From: Desulfobulbus propionicus DSM 2032
Lineage (GTDB): Bacteria > Desulfobacterota > Desulfobulbia > Desulfobulbales > Desulfobulbaceae
Direction: 5' to 3'
DNA length: 32,000 bases
NCBI RefSeq assembly: GCF_000186885.1
Contig: NC_014972.1
Span: 3,000,001 to 3,032,000, forward strand
A program made the translations under genes and the position numbers. Below are positions 8,285 through 17,750 of the stretch, one piece after another. How positions within the stretch are numbered: position 1 is the first letter of the stretch; every line of letters begins with the position of its first letter. The notes beneath the pieces were generated by a model. The model searched no databases. It was not told the origin of the DNA and worked only from the letters and a program-made list of their open reading frames with translations.

Positions 8285-10900
8285 ATGAACCGTTCTGGTC
8301 TTATCATAACCATCATCATGGGTTGCCTTGCCGTCCTGCTCTGGAAGATTGTCAATGTGCCGAACATGGAACCGCCTTGGCCGTCGAAGATCCAGGGGTT
8401 TTCTTTCTCGCCTTTTCGGGAAAATCAGTCGCCCAGCAAAAAAATCTATCCGACCGTGGAGCAAATCGACAAAGATTTGGCCACGCTGGCAGGCGATGTC
8501 CATGCTGTTAGAGCATACACGGTTGAAGATACTCTTGCCGAGATTCCTCGACTTGCCGCCGCCCGTGGCCTCAATGTGGTGCTCGGGGCATGGATCACCC
8601 GGGATGAGCAAGCGAATGAGGAGCAGATCGCCAAACTGATCAAAGTGTACAGGGAGAATCACCGGAACATCGTCCGGGTGCTTGTCGGCAACGAAGTGTT
8701 GCTCCGCACCGACCAGACCGTCGATCAGATGATCAACTACATTGAGACCGCCAAGAAATCCATTTGGGCGCCGGTGAGCATCGCCGAGCCCTGGCACATC
8801 TGGCTGAAATACCCAAAATTGGTGGAAAAGGTCGATTTCATTGCCGTTCACCTCCTACCCTATTGGGAAGGCATTCCGGTTGATGAAGCCGTGGATTACT
8901 GCGTCATGCGCTACAACGAGTTGAAACAGGCCTATCCGGGCAAAGAAATCGTCATTGGAGAGGTCGGCTGGCCAAGCGGCGGCCGCATACGCCAAGGCGC
9001 GGTTGCCAGCCCCACCAATCAGGCCAAATTTCTGCGCCGTTTCCTCGATGTCGCTGAAAAGAACAATTACACCTATTATATCATGGAAGCCTTTGACCAG
9101 ATCTGGAAGAAGGATCTGGAGGGCGAGGCAGGCAGTTTGTGGGGCGTGTACAATGACTTGCGACAGCCGAAATTCGAATTCACCCAACCGGTTGTCCCCA
9201 TTCCCCACTGGCGTGAATTGGCCGCCATCAGCATTGTCTTGGCGGTGCTTATTCTATTGTTGCTGTTTCGGGACAGCAAAGGGTTGCTCGATACCGGCCG
9301 CGGCTTTCTCGCCATCATCGCCTATGCCATCACCACCTTTGCCGTGTGGGTGATCTACGATTTTCAACGGCAGTACATGAGTATTTCTTCCCTGGTGGTC
9401 GGCATTGTCCTGCTCTTCGCCGCCACAGGGGCCATCCTGGTCATCCTCGCCGAAGCTCACGAATGGGCGGAGTCCCTATGGACACGGAAATGGCGCCGGC
9501 TGCCCAAACCGGTGGAAGCCATTGCCGACGAGGATCTGCCAATGGTATCGATCCATGTTCCGGCCTACAACGAACCACCGGACATGATGATCCAGACGAT
9601 CAATGCCTTGGCGCAACTCGATTATCCCCGGTTCGAAGTGCTGATTATCGATAACAACACCAAGGATCCGGCTGTATGGCAACCGGTCGAGGCCCACTGC
9701 CAGACCCTCGGATCGCGTTTCCGCTTTTTTCATGTGGATCCGCTTGCTGGCTTCAAGGCGGGCGCGCTCAACTATGCCCTGCGGGAAACGGCTCCGGAGG
9801 CCGAGGTCGTGGCGGTCATCGACAGCGATTACATCGTGGAGCCGAACTGGCTGCGGGCGCTGACTCCCCATTTCGCCGACCCCAACATGGCTATCGTCCA
9901 AGGCCCTCAGGATTATCGTGACGGCGACGAAAACACCTTCAAAGCAATGTGCCTGGCCGAATACCGCGGATTCTTCCAAATCGGCATGGTCACCCGAAAC
10001 GAGCGCAACGCCATCATCCAGCACGGCACCATGACCATGGTGCGGCGCAAGGTGCTCGACGAGGTTGGCGGCTGGGCCGAATGGTGCATCACCGAGGATG
10101 CCGAACTGGGGCTGCGGATCTTTGAGAAGGGGTATGCGGCCTGTTATGTGCCGTACAGTTTTGGCAAGGGTTTGATGCCAGACACCTTTCTTGATTTCAA
10201 GAAACAGCGTTTTCGCTGGGCCTATGGCTCGGTCCTCATCCTCCGCCACCACATGATGGCGATGTTCGGGCTGCAAAAAACCAAACTGACCCGCGGTCAG
10301 CGCTACCATTTTCTCGCCGGATGGCTGCCTTGGTTCGCCGACGGCATCAATATGCTGTTCAACCTGCTGGCCTTGGGCTGGTCCTGCGGCATGATCATCT
10401 TTCCCGATTACCTGTCGCCGCCGCACATTGTCTTTGCCTTTCTGCCGGTGGTTCTGTTCTTCTTTAAAAGCCTGAAGATGTTCTTCCTCTACCGGACGAG
10501 GGTAACCGCCTCACGTAGACAGAGTCTTGCCGCCGGCCTGGCGGGACTGGCCTTGTCGCACACCATTGCCCGGGCCATGCTCACCGGATTCATTACCCGC
10601 AAGATCGGCTTTTTCCGTACCCCGAAAAAAGCCCAGGCCAATGCCTTTCTCAAGGCACTCGGCGATGCCCGCGAGGAGCTGCTGTTCACCGTGGCCCTCT
10701 GCCTGGCCATTGTCGGAGTTCTCCTGCGTGAAGATGGAGACATGCTGGATGTGCGGATATGGGCCCTGGTCCTGGCGATCCAGACCATACCCTATGCGGC
10801 CTCGGTGCTGGTTTCGCTGATCAGCGGTCTGCCCAAGTTGCCGGCGAAACTGGTCGGTGTCATGGCCCCGTTGCGAGGCATGAACACGGACGAACAGTAA
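8285..10900 (+). CDS. Fused GH17 glycoside hydrolase/transglycosylase + processive family-2 glycosyltransferase (NdvB-like beta-1,3-glucan synthase)
   Basis: The N-terminal TM segment is followed by GH17 motifs LVGNEVL and VIGEVGWPSGG. Central TM helices follow. The GT2 module carries VLIIDNNT, VIDSDY, TEDAELG and QRFRWAYG (the D,D,D,QxxRW set of processive synthases). Several C-terminal TM helices close the protein. Confidence 0.85.
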   Translation: MNRSGLIITIIMGCLAVLLWKIVNVPNMEPPWPSKIQGFSFSPFRENQSPSKKIYPTVEQIDKDLATLAGDVHAVRAYTVEDTLAEIPRLAAARGLNVVLGAWITRDEQANEEQIAKLIKVYRENHRNIVRVLVGNEVLLRTDQTVDQMINYIETAKKSIWAPVSIAEPWHIWLKYPKLVEKVDFIAVHLLPYWEGIPVDEAVDYCVMRYNELKQAYPGKEIVIGEVGWPSGGRIRQGAVASPTNQAKFLRRFLDVAEKNNYTYYIMEAFDQIWKKDLEGEAGSLWGVYNDLRQPKFEFTQPVVPIPHWRELAAISIVLAVLILLLLFRDSKGLLDTGRGFLAIIAYAITTFAVWVIYDFQRQYMSISSLVVGIVLLFAATGAILVILAEAHEWAESLWTRKWRRLPKPVEAIADEDLPMVSIHVPAYNEPPDMMIQTINALAQLDYPRFEVLIIDNNTKDPAVWQPVEAHCQTLGSRFRFFHVDPLAGFKAGALNYALRETAPEAEVVAVIDSDYIVEPNWLRALTPHFADPNMAIVQGPQDYRDGDENTFKAMCLAEYRGFFQIGMVTRNERNAIIQHGTMTMVRRKVLDEVGGWAEWCITEDAELGLRIFEKGYAACYVPYSFGKGLMPDTFLDFKKQRFRWAYGSVLILRHHMMAMFGLQKTKLTRGQRYHFLAGWLPWFADGINMLFNLLALGWSCGMIIFPDYLSPPHIVFAFLPVVLFFFKSLKMFFLYRTRVTASRRQSLAAGLAGLALSHTIARAMLTGFITRKIGFFRTPKKAQANAFLKALGDAREELLFTVALCLAIVGVLLREDGDMLDVRIWALVLAIQTIPYAASVLVSLISGLPKLPAKLVGVMAPLRGMNTDEQ

Positions 10901-13900
10901 TCAATTTGCCCGGATCAGTTCCAGCAATTCCTCGGCACTGATCCGGGAACTCACATCGGCACCCTCAAGAAGCGAGTTGGCCAGATCACGCTTTTCTTGA
11001 TGCAACCGAACAATTTTTTCCTCGATGGTATTGGCGGTCACCAGACGATACACCGTCACCGGCCGTTTCTGGCCGATGCGATAGGCGCGATCGGCCGCCT
11101 GATCCTCCACCGCCGGGTTCCACCATGGATCCATGTGAATGACATAGTCGGCTGCGGTCAGGTTCAACCCCAGCCCTCCAGCCTTGAGGCTGATGAGGAA
11201 TAGATCGCCTTCTCCGGCCTGGAAGCGTTCCACTTGCTGTTGCCTCTCCTTGGCTGGAGTGGTGCCGTCCAGATATTTATAACTGATGCCCCGATCGTCG
11301 AGAAAATCGCGGATCAAGGCTAAATGACCGGTAAATTGGCTGAAAATCAGGGCTTTATGGCCACCGCCCAGTAATTCCTCCACGGTCTCGGCAAAGACCT
11401 GTAATTTGGTGGACGGGATATCCACCTGATCGTTGATGAGCCGCGGATTGCAGCACGCCCGCCGCAATCGCATGATTTCCGCCAAAATTCGCAGGTGACG
11501 GCCTGTTTTCTCGCTGCTGCCCTCGATATTCTCGATGGCCTGTTGCCGGAGCGCTTCGTAGAACTGTAGTTCTTGCGGCTGCATTTCCACCCGCAGGGTA
11601 ATCTCCGTTCGCGGCGGCAACTCCTCCAGCACCTGCGACTTGATACGGCGGAGCATGAAGGGCCGAATCAGCTTTTTCAAGGTTCTCCGTGCCTCGCGGT
11701 CGTGATGCTTCTCGATGGGAATACCGAATCGGCGGTTGAACTGTTTGTACGTCCCCAGCAGACCGGGATTGATGAAGCTGAAAAGATTCCACAACTCACC
11801 CAAATGATTCTCAATCGGCGTGCCAGTGGTAATCAGCCGAAACCGGCCATCCAAGCGCATGGCGGCCTTGGACCGCTTGGTGGCCGCATTCTTGATTGCC
11901 TGGGCCTCGTCGAGCACAATCGATTGCCATTTGACCTGGGCCAGCAATTCGATCTCCTGCTGCAGCAAGGTGTAACTGGTGACCAGTAAGTCAAACTTGC
12001 CCAGAGTCGGAATAATTTCGTCCCGGTTTGCCTCGGAAAACATATGAAACGTGAGCGTTGGCGCAAAGCGACGGACCTCGGTCTCCCAGTTCATGCACAC
12101 CGACGTTGGCGCAACCACCAATGACGGCCCTTGATGGGCCAGGCTGAGGATCACGGCGATGGACTGAAGCGTTTTTCCTAACCCCATGTCGTCGGCTAGA
12201 CATGCACCCACTCCAAGATGCGCCAGCCGACTCATCCAGACAAACCCCTCCCGCTGATACTCGCGCAATTCAGCCTTCAGCGTCGACGGGACCTTCGGGG
12301 TCATCTCCTGGGCCTCGGCAATGGCCTGCAGGCGTTGACGCCACCCCTTGTCGGCCGTGGTCTGCGCCTGATGGGTCAGCTCTTCCAGAGCTATCGCCGC
12401 CAGCGGATGGATCTTAACCTCGTTGTCGCTTCCAGGCTGGGTGGTGCCATAGAGAATCAGTTCCTCCAACCGGTTGCGAAATTCCTGGGTCAAAGCGATG
12501 AACTGCCCCTCACCCATGGGAATGAAGCGACTCCTGGTTTCCCGCACCTTGTCCAGGAGGGTCTTCAGCTCCATGACCTCGTCCTGATCGATCTCCAGCT
12601 GCCCCGACAGCGAAAACCAATCCTGCTGGCTGGTCCGGATGTTGAGATTCAGCTGGTTGACCCCAGCCTGCCGTCGTACGGCCAGTTTCTCGCCCTCGGG
12701 CCACTCAAGAATAACCCGATCCTTGATTTCCTCGATTTCCAGCAAAACCTGCAAGCATTCCTCGGGATCAAGCAAATGCCATTCCCGCTTGTTCTCCTGT
12801 TCAAAATCAATGGCCAGATCAAGCATGGGGCAGCTTTCTTCAATTTCCCTCGCCTTCTCCTCTTCCAGCCGTAAATTCCTCTTGGTACGCAGTCGCCGGC
12901 CATCGATTTCAGCCATGAGATTGGCCACGCCGGCCCCAGGTTTGAGATAGGGTCCACCGTGGGCAAAGGGCCGGACAAACAGTTCGATGCGAAACCCGCT
13001 GCCATAGGGGATGATGTGGATGTGGATGGTCGGATCGCTCGCCACCAATTCTGCAGGCAATCCCTCGCCCGGAACCTCGATGGCAGAATGAACGGTCATG
13101 AACGATGCCATGTTGCCGATGGCATCAAGTACCTGCCGGCTGGCGGCGAGCGGTACCAACAACCCGTCACGACCGGTGATTTCGGCAACCTTCCGGTGCT
13201 CCTCACTGATCAGGATGACCCGGAAGCGGGTGGGCGTTTCCTTCCAGACGGCCACAAGGCCATCGCCTATATCTTGGAAAAAATGAATGAACAGCGAATC
13301 GCCCTTTCTTTCGACCACCAGCTCCGGCTCACCGGCGACAATTTCCACCGGTGTTTGCGGCGACCGTTTGAGAAAAACGTGGGGATGGCCGATCAGGGCG
13401 GGGAGCGCCTTGACCGGATCAAACGCATAGCCGCCGTTTTTTCCGCCGCCTTGCTCCGCTTGATACAGGGCCGAGCAGATCAAATGGTCCTGTTCCGTCA
13501 GATAATCGAGTTCACCTTGTCGGAGCAAACGCTGGAAGGCTATGGTCCGCCCCTTGGTCCAGGTACCGGTTGTTGTCTTTTTTTGTTCCTTGGGCAACAA
13601 TTCCAGCGTTCCCTCACCATACTCAACCAACCAGCAGAGACGCGTCAGCCGTTCAGGTTCCCTGATTTTCCTGGTGACTTCGATCAACTCCTGCAAACTT
13701 TGCTTCCAGGTTCCATGGGGAGCAATGATGTGGGTCAGGTAGCGACATTGCAATTCGCCAGCCAGCTCGACAGCGGCTTGGTGCATCCCGGTGTGCTCTT
13801 CATCAAGGGCCGCCAATAATTCCGCTGATTCCATGGCTACCCAGAGAAAACCGTGTGCACGGCCCTGGTCGTAGAGTTGCCGCAGCATCGTCTGGAAATC

Positions 13901-15118
13901 GGGCGGGATCTCCACCCCCATCCAGTAAAGCGATAACAGGGCGACGAGAGAGGTAAGGCTCCGCTTGTCGGCAACCAAATCCTTGGTCAAGGCAAGCATA
14001 TCGGGCAGCATTTCATCCGTCGAGCGGAGCACGGCATCGAGAAACCGGTAAGGAATTTCCTCGGGGCAGCCGTTGCACCGCTTCAAGACGACGGCGACCG
14101 CCTCACGGGCGCGTTCACGGTCGCCGGGCTGATCGCGATCCAGCAGGGCAAAAAGACAATACAGGCCGGTAATGCCGTAAAAAAAACAGGGGTCGTTGCC
14201 CGCGTATTGCTGCAAATGGTCCAAATCTTCGGCGAACAATTCCAGAGCGACTTCCGTTTCCCCTTGCAGGAAGGCCACGGAACCGGCAAATCCCGAGCCG
14301 AAGAACGAATCGTTGTATCGCTTCAGCAACTGTTGCAACGCATCGAACCGTCCCTGCAACAGGTAACAGCTGGCCAGGATACGACGGAACGGCACCCGTT
14401 CATCGGGAGCAATGGTCTGGGCCTGTTCATCTTCGAGATAAGCGTGGAGAGCGGGAAAATGATGCAGCTTTTCCTGAGAATAGCGAATGACCTGGTCGAG
14501 CAAGAAAAATTGAAAGGACCCGGGCAACGAGGCAAACCACTTGGCGTCAAAGGCTCGGGCGGCCACAAGAACAGCGGGAGGCTCGGCATCGTAATAGGGC
14601 TTGCCTTCGCCTTCTAAAAAAAGCAGCGCCGTGTCTAGCTTGTCAAAGTCCTGGGTATAGAGGCCGATTCGGAACTGGCGCAGGGCGCGCCAGCATCGGG
14701 TTGGCCATTTACCATGCATATAATCGACCGGCGCCGCTCGTTCGATCAGCGCGGCCAATTGAGGAAAACGTCCGCGATCAACCGCCTGCCGGGTCAGGGT
14801 TTCCGCTAACATCGGGGGGCATTGATTCTTGCCATTCAAAAATCCCTTACGTCGCAGTCGACTAACCATTTCACCGAGCTCTTCACTGCTGAGGCGTCGA
14901 TCTTCAAGGAGCGCGGGGTCAAGAGCACTCAAACAGCGGGCCAGAAAGCTGACGGAAACCGGCTCGTAAATGACGGATATGAGCTGGAGCACAAGTTGCT
15001 CGATCGCGGGAAGCGCGGCAAGGCTTTGAAGAGCGGCAGACTCCTTGACTGCAGGAACGTGGGCGGCAGGGGGATGGGGTACGGCAGATGCTTTCAAAAT
15101 AAATGTTGGGAGGGGCAA
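10901..15118 (-). CDS. SNF2/Swi2-family ATP-dependent helicase/translocase with about 930-aa N-terminal extension
   Basis: The C-terminal third has LREYQREGFVWM, DDMGLGKT, LDEAQAIKN, TGTPIENHL, GGLGLNLTAADYVIHMDPWWNP and QAADRAYRIGQKRPV. The N-terminus is helical-repeat-like, followed by a region resembling the bacterial SNF2-associated domain. The start is uncertain: the first in-frame codon is TTG at 15118 with no SD, and the first ATG is about 84 codons in. Confidence 0.9.
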   Translation of the reverse strand: MPLPTFILKASAVPHPPAAHVPAVKESAALQSLAALPAIEQLVLQLISVIYEPVSVSFLARCLSALDPALLEDRRLSSEELGEMVSRLRRKGFLNGKNQCPPMLAETLTRQAVDRGRFPQLAALIERAAPVDYMHGKWPTRCWRALRQFRIGLYTQDFDKLDTALLFLEGEGKPYYDAEPPAVLVAARAFDAKWFASLPGSFQFFLLDQVIRYSQEKLHHFPALHAYLEDEQAQTIAPDERVPFRRILASCYLLQGRFDALQQLLKRYNDSFFGSGFAGSVAFLQGETEVALELFAEDLDHLQQYAGNDPCFFYGITGLYCLFALLDRDQPGDRERAREAVAVVLKRCNGCPEEIPYRFLDAVLRSTDEMLPDMLALTKDLVADKRSLTSLVALLSLYWMGVEIPPDFQTMLRQLYDQGRAHGFLWVAMESAELLAALDEEHTGMHQAAVELAGELQCRYLTHIIAPHGTWKQSLQELIEVTRKIREPERLTRLCWLVEYGEGTLELLPKEQKKTTTGTWTKGRTIAFQRLLRQGELDYLTEQDHLICSALYQAEQGGGKNGGYAFDPVKALPALIGHPHVFLKRSPQTPVEIVAGEPELVVERKGDSLFIHFFQDIGDGLVAVWKETPTRFRVILISEEHRKVAEITGRDGLLVPLAASRQVLDAIGNMASFMTVHSAIEVPGEGLPAELVASDPTIHIHIIPYGSGFRIELFVRPFAHGGPYLKPGAGVANLMAEIDGRRLRTKRNLRLEEEKAREIEESCPMLDLAIDFEQENKREWHLLDPEECLQVLLEIEEIKDRVILEWPEGEKLAVRRQAGVNQLNLNIRTSQQDWFSLSGQLEIDQDEVMELKTLLDKVRETRSRFIPMGEGQFIALTQEFRNRLEELILYGTTQPGSDNEVKIHPLAAIALEELTHQAQTTADKGWRQRLQAIAEAQEMTPKVPSTLKAELREYQREGFVWMSRLAHLGVGACLADDMGLGKTLQSIAVILSLAHQGPSLVVAPTSVCMNWETEVRRFAPTLTFHMFSEANRDEIIPTLGKFDLLVTSYTLLQQEIELLAQVKWQSIVLDEAQAIKNAATKRSKAAMRLDGRFRLITTGTPIENHLGELWNLFSFINPGLLGTYKQFNRRFGIPIEKHHDREARRTLKKLIRPFMLRRIKSQVLEELPPRTEITLRVEMQPQELQFYEALRQQAIENIEGSSEKTGRHLRILAEIMRLRRACCNPRLINDQVDIPSTKLQVFAETVEELLGGGHKALIFSQFTGHLALIRDFLDDRGISYKYLDGTTPAKERQQQVERFQAGEGDLFLISLKAGGLGLNLTAADYVIHMDPWWNPAVEDQAADRAYRIGQKRPVTVYRLVTANTIEEKIVRLHQEKRDLANSLLEGADVSSRISAEELLELIRAN

Positions 15119-15277
15119 AAGTTACATGATGGCTACGGGACAGGGAATGAGCACAGACAGGAAAACGGCCGATCTCCATCGTGGCCTCGCCAAATCTGCG
15201 CAACAGTGCGGCAAAAGGGAATGTTCTCCTCTAGGGGACGACGTGTTCTTGATTGAAAGCGCAGCAGTACATGCTCA

Positions 15278-17158
15278 TCACTGCAACATCTTGGTATTCG
15301 TCCAAATTTTAGCTTCTTTTCTCAATTGATCAATCCAGTCGGCCATCAATGTATTCTTGTGCGCGGCGAGCAACTGCTGTTCCAGAGCCTGCCGCTTGGC
15401 GGCATCCGTGTCGCCTTGTCCGCGACGGGATTCAAGGATTTGGTAAAGATAACAAGTGTTCCCCTCGACAATGACCTTGTCTGGGAATGCACCCTGCCCC
15501 AAACGGGCAAAGGCATCACGGCGAATCTCTTCAGGAACACCGTTTGCTGGGCCGGTTCGCTTCAAATAGGCGGACTCCTTCCGCTCCACATCAGACGGAA
15601 ACCGCTGCTGCTCCTTGGCGGTTTTAAGCATCTGTTCGGCGGCGCTCCGCGCAAGCTCCACGCTTTTCTCCTTGATGAAATCGGCAGCAACGCGCTCGCG
15701 AACAATGGCAAGCTCGGGAACCACGGATTCCCTGGCATCCTCCACAAAGATTATGGCATAGCCTGTCGCCGTTTCCACGATGGAGCTCAGTTCCCCCTTA
15801 TGCAGCGCGAAGGCTGACTGCAAAAAAGCGGGATCGCTGATCAAGGTATCTTTAGGTGGCTTGTCCTGTTGAAAGAAATCGGTCCGATGAACGGCAACTG
15901 CGTTTTTTTCACTGTATTTTGTCAAGCTGCCGGCACGGATGATTTCCTCGTAGGCGGTCGATGCCTTTTTGAAGGTAATGGCCTTGACTCCTTGCCGCTC
16001 CAATTCTGCGCGAATCGAAGCACGCACCTCCTCCAGGGAGCGGGTCGTGGCCGGTTTTATCTCTTCGAGCTTGACGAGGTGATACCCATAGGGCGTTTCC
16101 ACAACACCGCTGATCTCGCCCGTGCGCAGCGAGAACACGCTTCGCTCAAAAGGCTCAACCATCTGACCACGGCTGAAAAAACCAAGATCGCCACCCTTCT
16201 CTTTCGAGGTATCCTCGGAAAACTGCTTGGCCAAGAGGGCGAAATCCCCCCCTCCTCGGATCTGCGCCAACACCTTTTCCGCAGCCGCCTTTTTCGCGGC
16301 CTTGGTCTCTGCGGTGTCGCCATCTGCTATCTTAAATAGGATATGGCGCGCCCGTCGCTGCTCGGGAGTGGCATAGAGCTCGGCATGCTCCTGATAATAT
16401 CTCTGTACAGCCTCGTCGTTGACAGCCACCGCTTTCAGATCATCGGCAAAAGGAAAAGACAAGTAGGCCAATTTGCTCTGTGGCGGTGTCTTATATTGCT
16501 GCTTGGTCTGTTCATACCAAGATTGCAGGCTCGCATCGTCTACTTTGACCTGCGGTTCGTAGGCGCTGCTCCTCACCGTGGTGTAGGCAAGCTTGACTTC
16601 TTGATCCAGGAACTCAACCCAGTTGTCCAACTCGGCAGCGGAAACAGTGGCAAAGGCGCCGAGAGATTCGACAGCGCGGTTCATCAACAAGTCGTTGCCG
16701 ATTCCTGCCTCAAACGATGTGGGCGACAAGCGGTTCTGTGCAAGCACCGTCTTGTATCGGTCCAAGTCGAACCGACCGTTCTCGTCGCGGAATACCTCCA
16801 AATCTTGGATCTTGCGCTGGGTCGCTTCTTTACTGATCGTCATCCCCATTTTTTCAGCGCCTTGTCGAAGCAGTTCCGACTGGATCAGCTGATTGAGCAC
16901 CTGATCCTTGACGCCGAGGCTTTCCACAAATTTCTCCGGCAGTTGACCGCCGAATTGCTGTTTATAGCCCTCGATCGCTCGTTCGTAGTTCTGCTGAAAA
17001 TCTCGATAGGAGATCTCCTTGCCGTTGACGACGGCCACAGCATTGGGATTGTCATTGAGATTGGTGCCCACCCCCCAGAAAATGAAAACAATAGCGATGA
17101 TCACCACAATCGATTGAACGACAATCGACTGTGCATTTTTCCTGATAATATTCAGCAT
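15278..17158 (-). CDS. ppiD: PpiD-like periplasmic folding chaperone (membrane-anchored SurA_N + parvulin domain)
   Basis: N-terminal anchor (IVVQSIVVIIAIVFIFWGV), a parvulin motif (GGDLGFFSRGQMVEPFERSVF...YGYHLVKLEE) and a length of 626 aa. GGGAGGTG SD lies upstream of the ATG at 17158. Confidence 0.85.
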   Translation of the reverse strand: MLNIIRKNAQSIVVQSIVVIIAIVFIFWGVGTNLNDNPNAVAVVNGKEISYRDFQQNYERAIEGYKQQFGGQLPEKFVESLGVKDQVLNQLIQSELLRQGAEKMGMTISKEATQRKIQDLEVFRDENGRFDLDRYKTVLAQNRLSPTSFEAGIGNDLLMNRAVESLGAFATVSAAELDNWVEFLDQEVKLAYTTVRSSAYEPQVKVDDASLQSWYEQTKQQYKTPPQSKLAYLSFPFADDLKAVAVNDEAVQRYYQEHAELYATPEQRRARHILFKIADGDTAETKAAKKAAAEKVLAQIRGGGDFALLAKQFSEDTSKEKGGDLGFFSRGQMVEPFERSVFSLRTGEISGVVETPYGYHLVKLEEIKPATTRSLEEVRASIRAELERQGVKAITFKKASTAYEEIIRAGSLTKYSEKNAVAVHRTDFFQQDKPPKDTLISDPAFLQSAFALHKGELSSIVETATGYAIIFVEDARESVVPELAIVRERVAADFIKEKSVELARSAAEQMLKTAKEQQRFPSDVERKESAYLKRTGPANGVPEEIRRDAFARLGQGAFPDKVIVEGNTCYLYQILESRRGQGDTDAAKRQALEQQLLAAHKNTLMADWIDQLRKEAKIWTNTKMLQ

Positions 17159-17309
17159 GATAGAAGCACCTCCCAGAGGCCAGGCCAGATCCCAAGTTTT
17201 TTCGGAGCGAGCATTATGTTCAATTTCTCAGCAAGTTACCAGAGAAAAATGCACAGCCATTCCAGCAAAAAGTGCTTGAGACCTCATTCAAAAAAAACAG
17301 GGTGTTTGC

Positions 17310-17338
17310 TTGACAAAGCCCCCCCCCTATAGTAATTA
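17310..17338 (+). promoter_or_regulatory. Candidate dsrC promoter region with atypical geometry
   Basis: TTGACA (17310..17315) and TATAGT (17328..17333) are separated by only 12 nt, 9 of them a C run. With a 17-nt spacer the -10 would be the poor TAATTA (17333..17338). It lies about 70 nt upstream of the dsrC ATG. Confidence 0.35.
17319..17327. repeat. C9 homopolymer inside the putative dsrC promoter spacer
   Basis: Direct reading: ...TTGACAAAG CCCCCCCCC TATAGT... Confidence 0.95.
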
Positions 17339-17406
17339 ACTGGTGATTTTTCAGATTAGGAATTCATTACTCATCCATATTAAACGCTTTGGCCAAGGAG
17401 GAACAC

Positions 17407-17727
17407 ATGGCAACTATTGAGCACAAAGGAAAAACCTACGAGGTGGACGAAGACGGCTTCCTGTTGAAAGGTGCTGAAGAGTGGGACGAGAACTGGGTCG
17501 ATTATGTAAAGACCGTTGAAGGTATCGTTGACATCACCGATGAGCACCAGAAAGTTATCGATGCCCTGCAAGAGTACTACAAGAAGAATGGTATTGCTCC
17601 GATGGTTCGTATCCTTTCCAAGACCACTGGATTTCCGCTGAAACGTATCTATGAACTGTTCCCGTCCGGACCTGGCAAGGGAGCCTGTAAGATGGCTGGT
17701 TTGCCGAAACCGACCGGTTGCGTCTGA
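17407..17727 (+). CDS. dsrC: Dissimilatory sulfite reductase gamma-type sulfur carrier DsrC
   Basis: ATG at 17407 with AAGGAGG SD; the track start at 17389 is a TTG. The 106-aa product ends ...PSGPGKGACKMAGLPKPTGCV, carrying both conserved Cys (C-x10-C) that distinguish DsrC from TusE. Confidence 0.93.
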   Translation: MATIEHKGKTYEVDEDGFLLKGAEEWDENWVDYVKTVEGIVDITDEHQKVIDALQEYYKKNGIAPMVRILSKTTGFPLKRIYELFPSGPGKGACKMAGLPKPTGCV

Positions 17728-17750
17728 TCGTTCGTTTCCCACGCGTTAGC

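Noticed and set aside
8065-8511. A 148-aa ORF spans the recO / glucan synthase spacer and the 5' end of the GH17-GT2 gene.
   Set aside because: It has a non-ATG start and a Cys/Phe/His-rich nonsense-like sequence. It overlaps the candidate promoter and is out of frame with the real gene.
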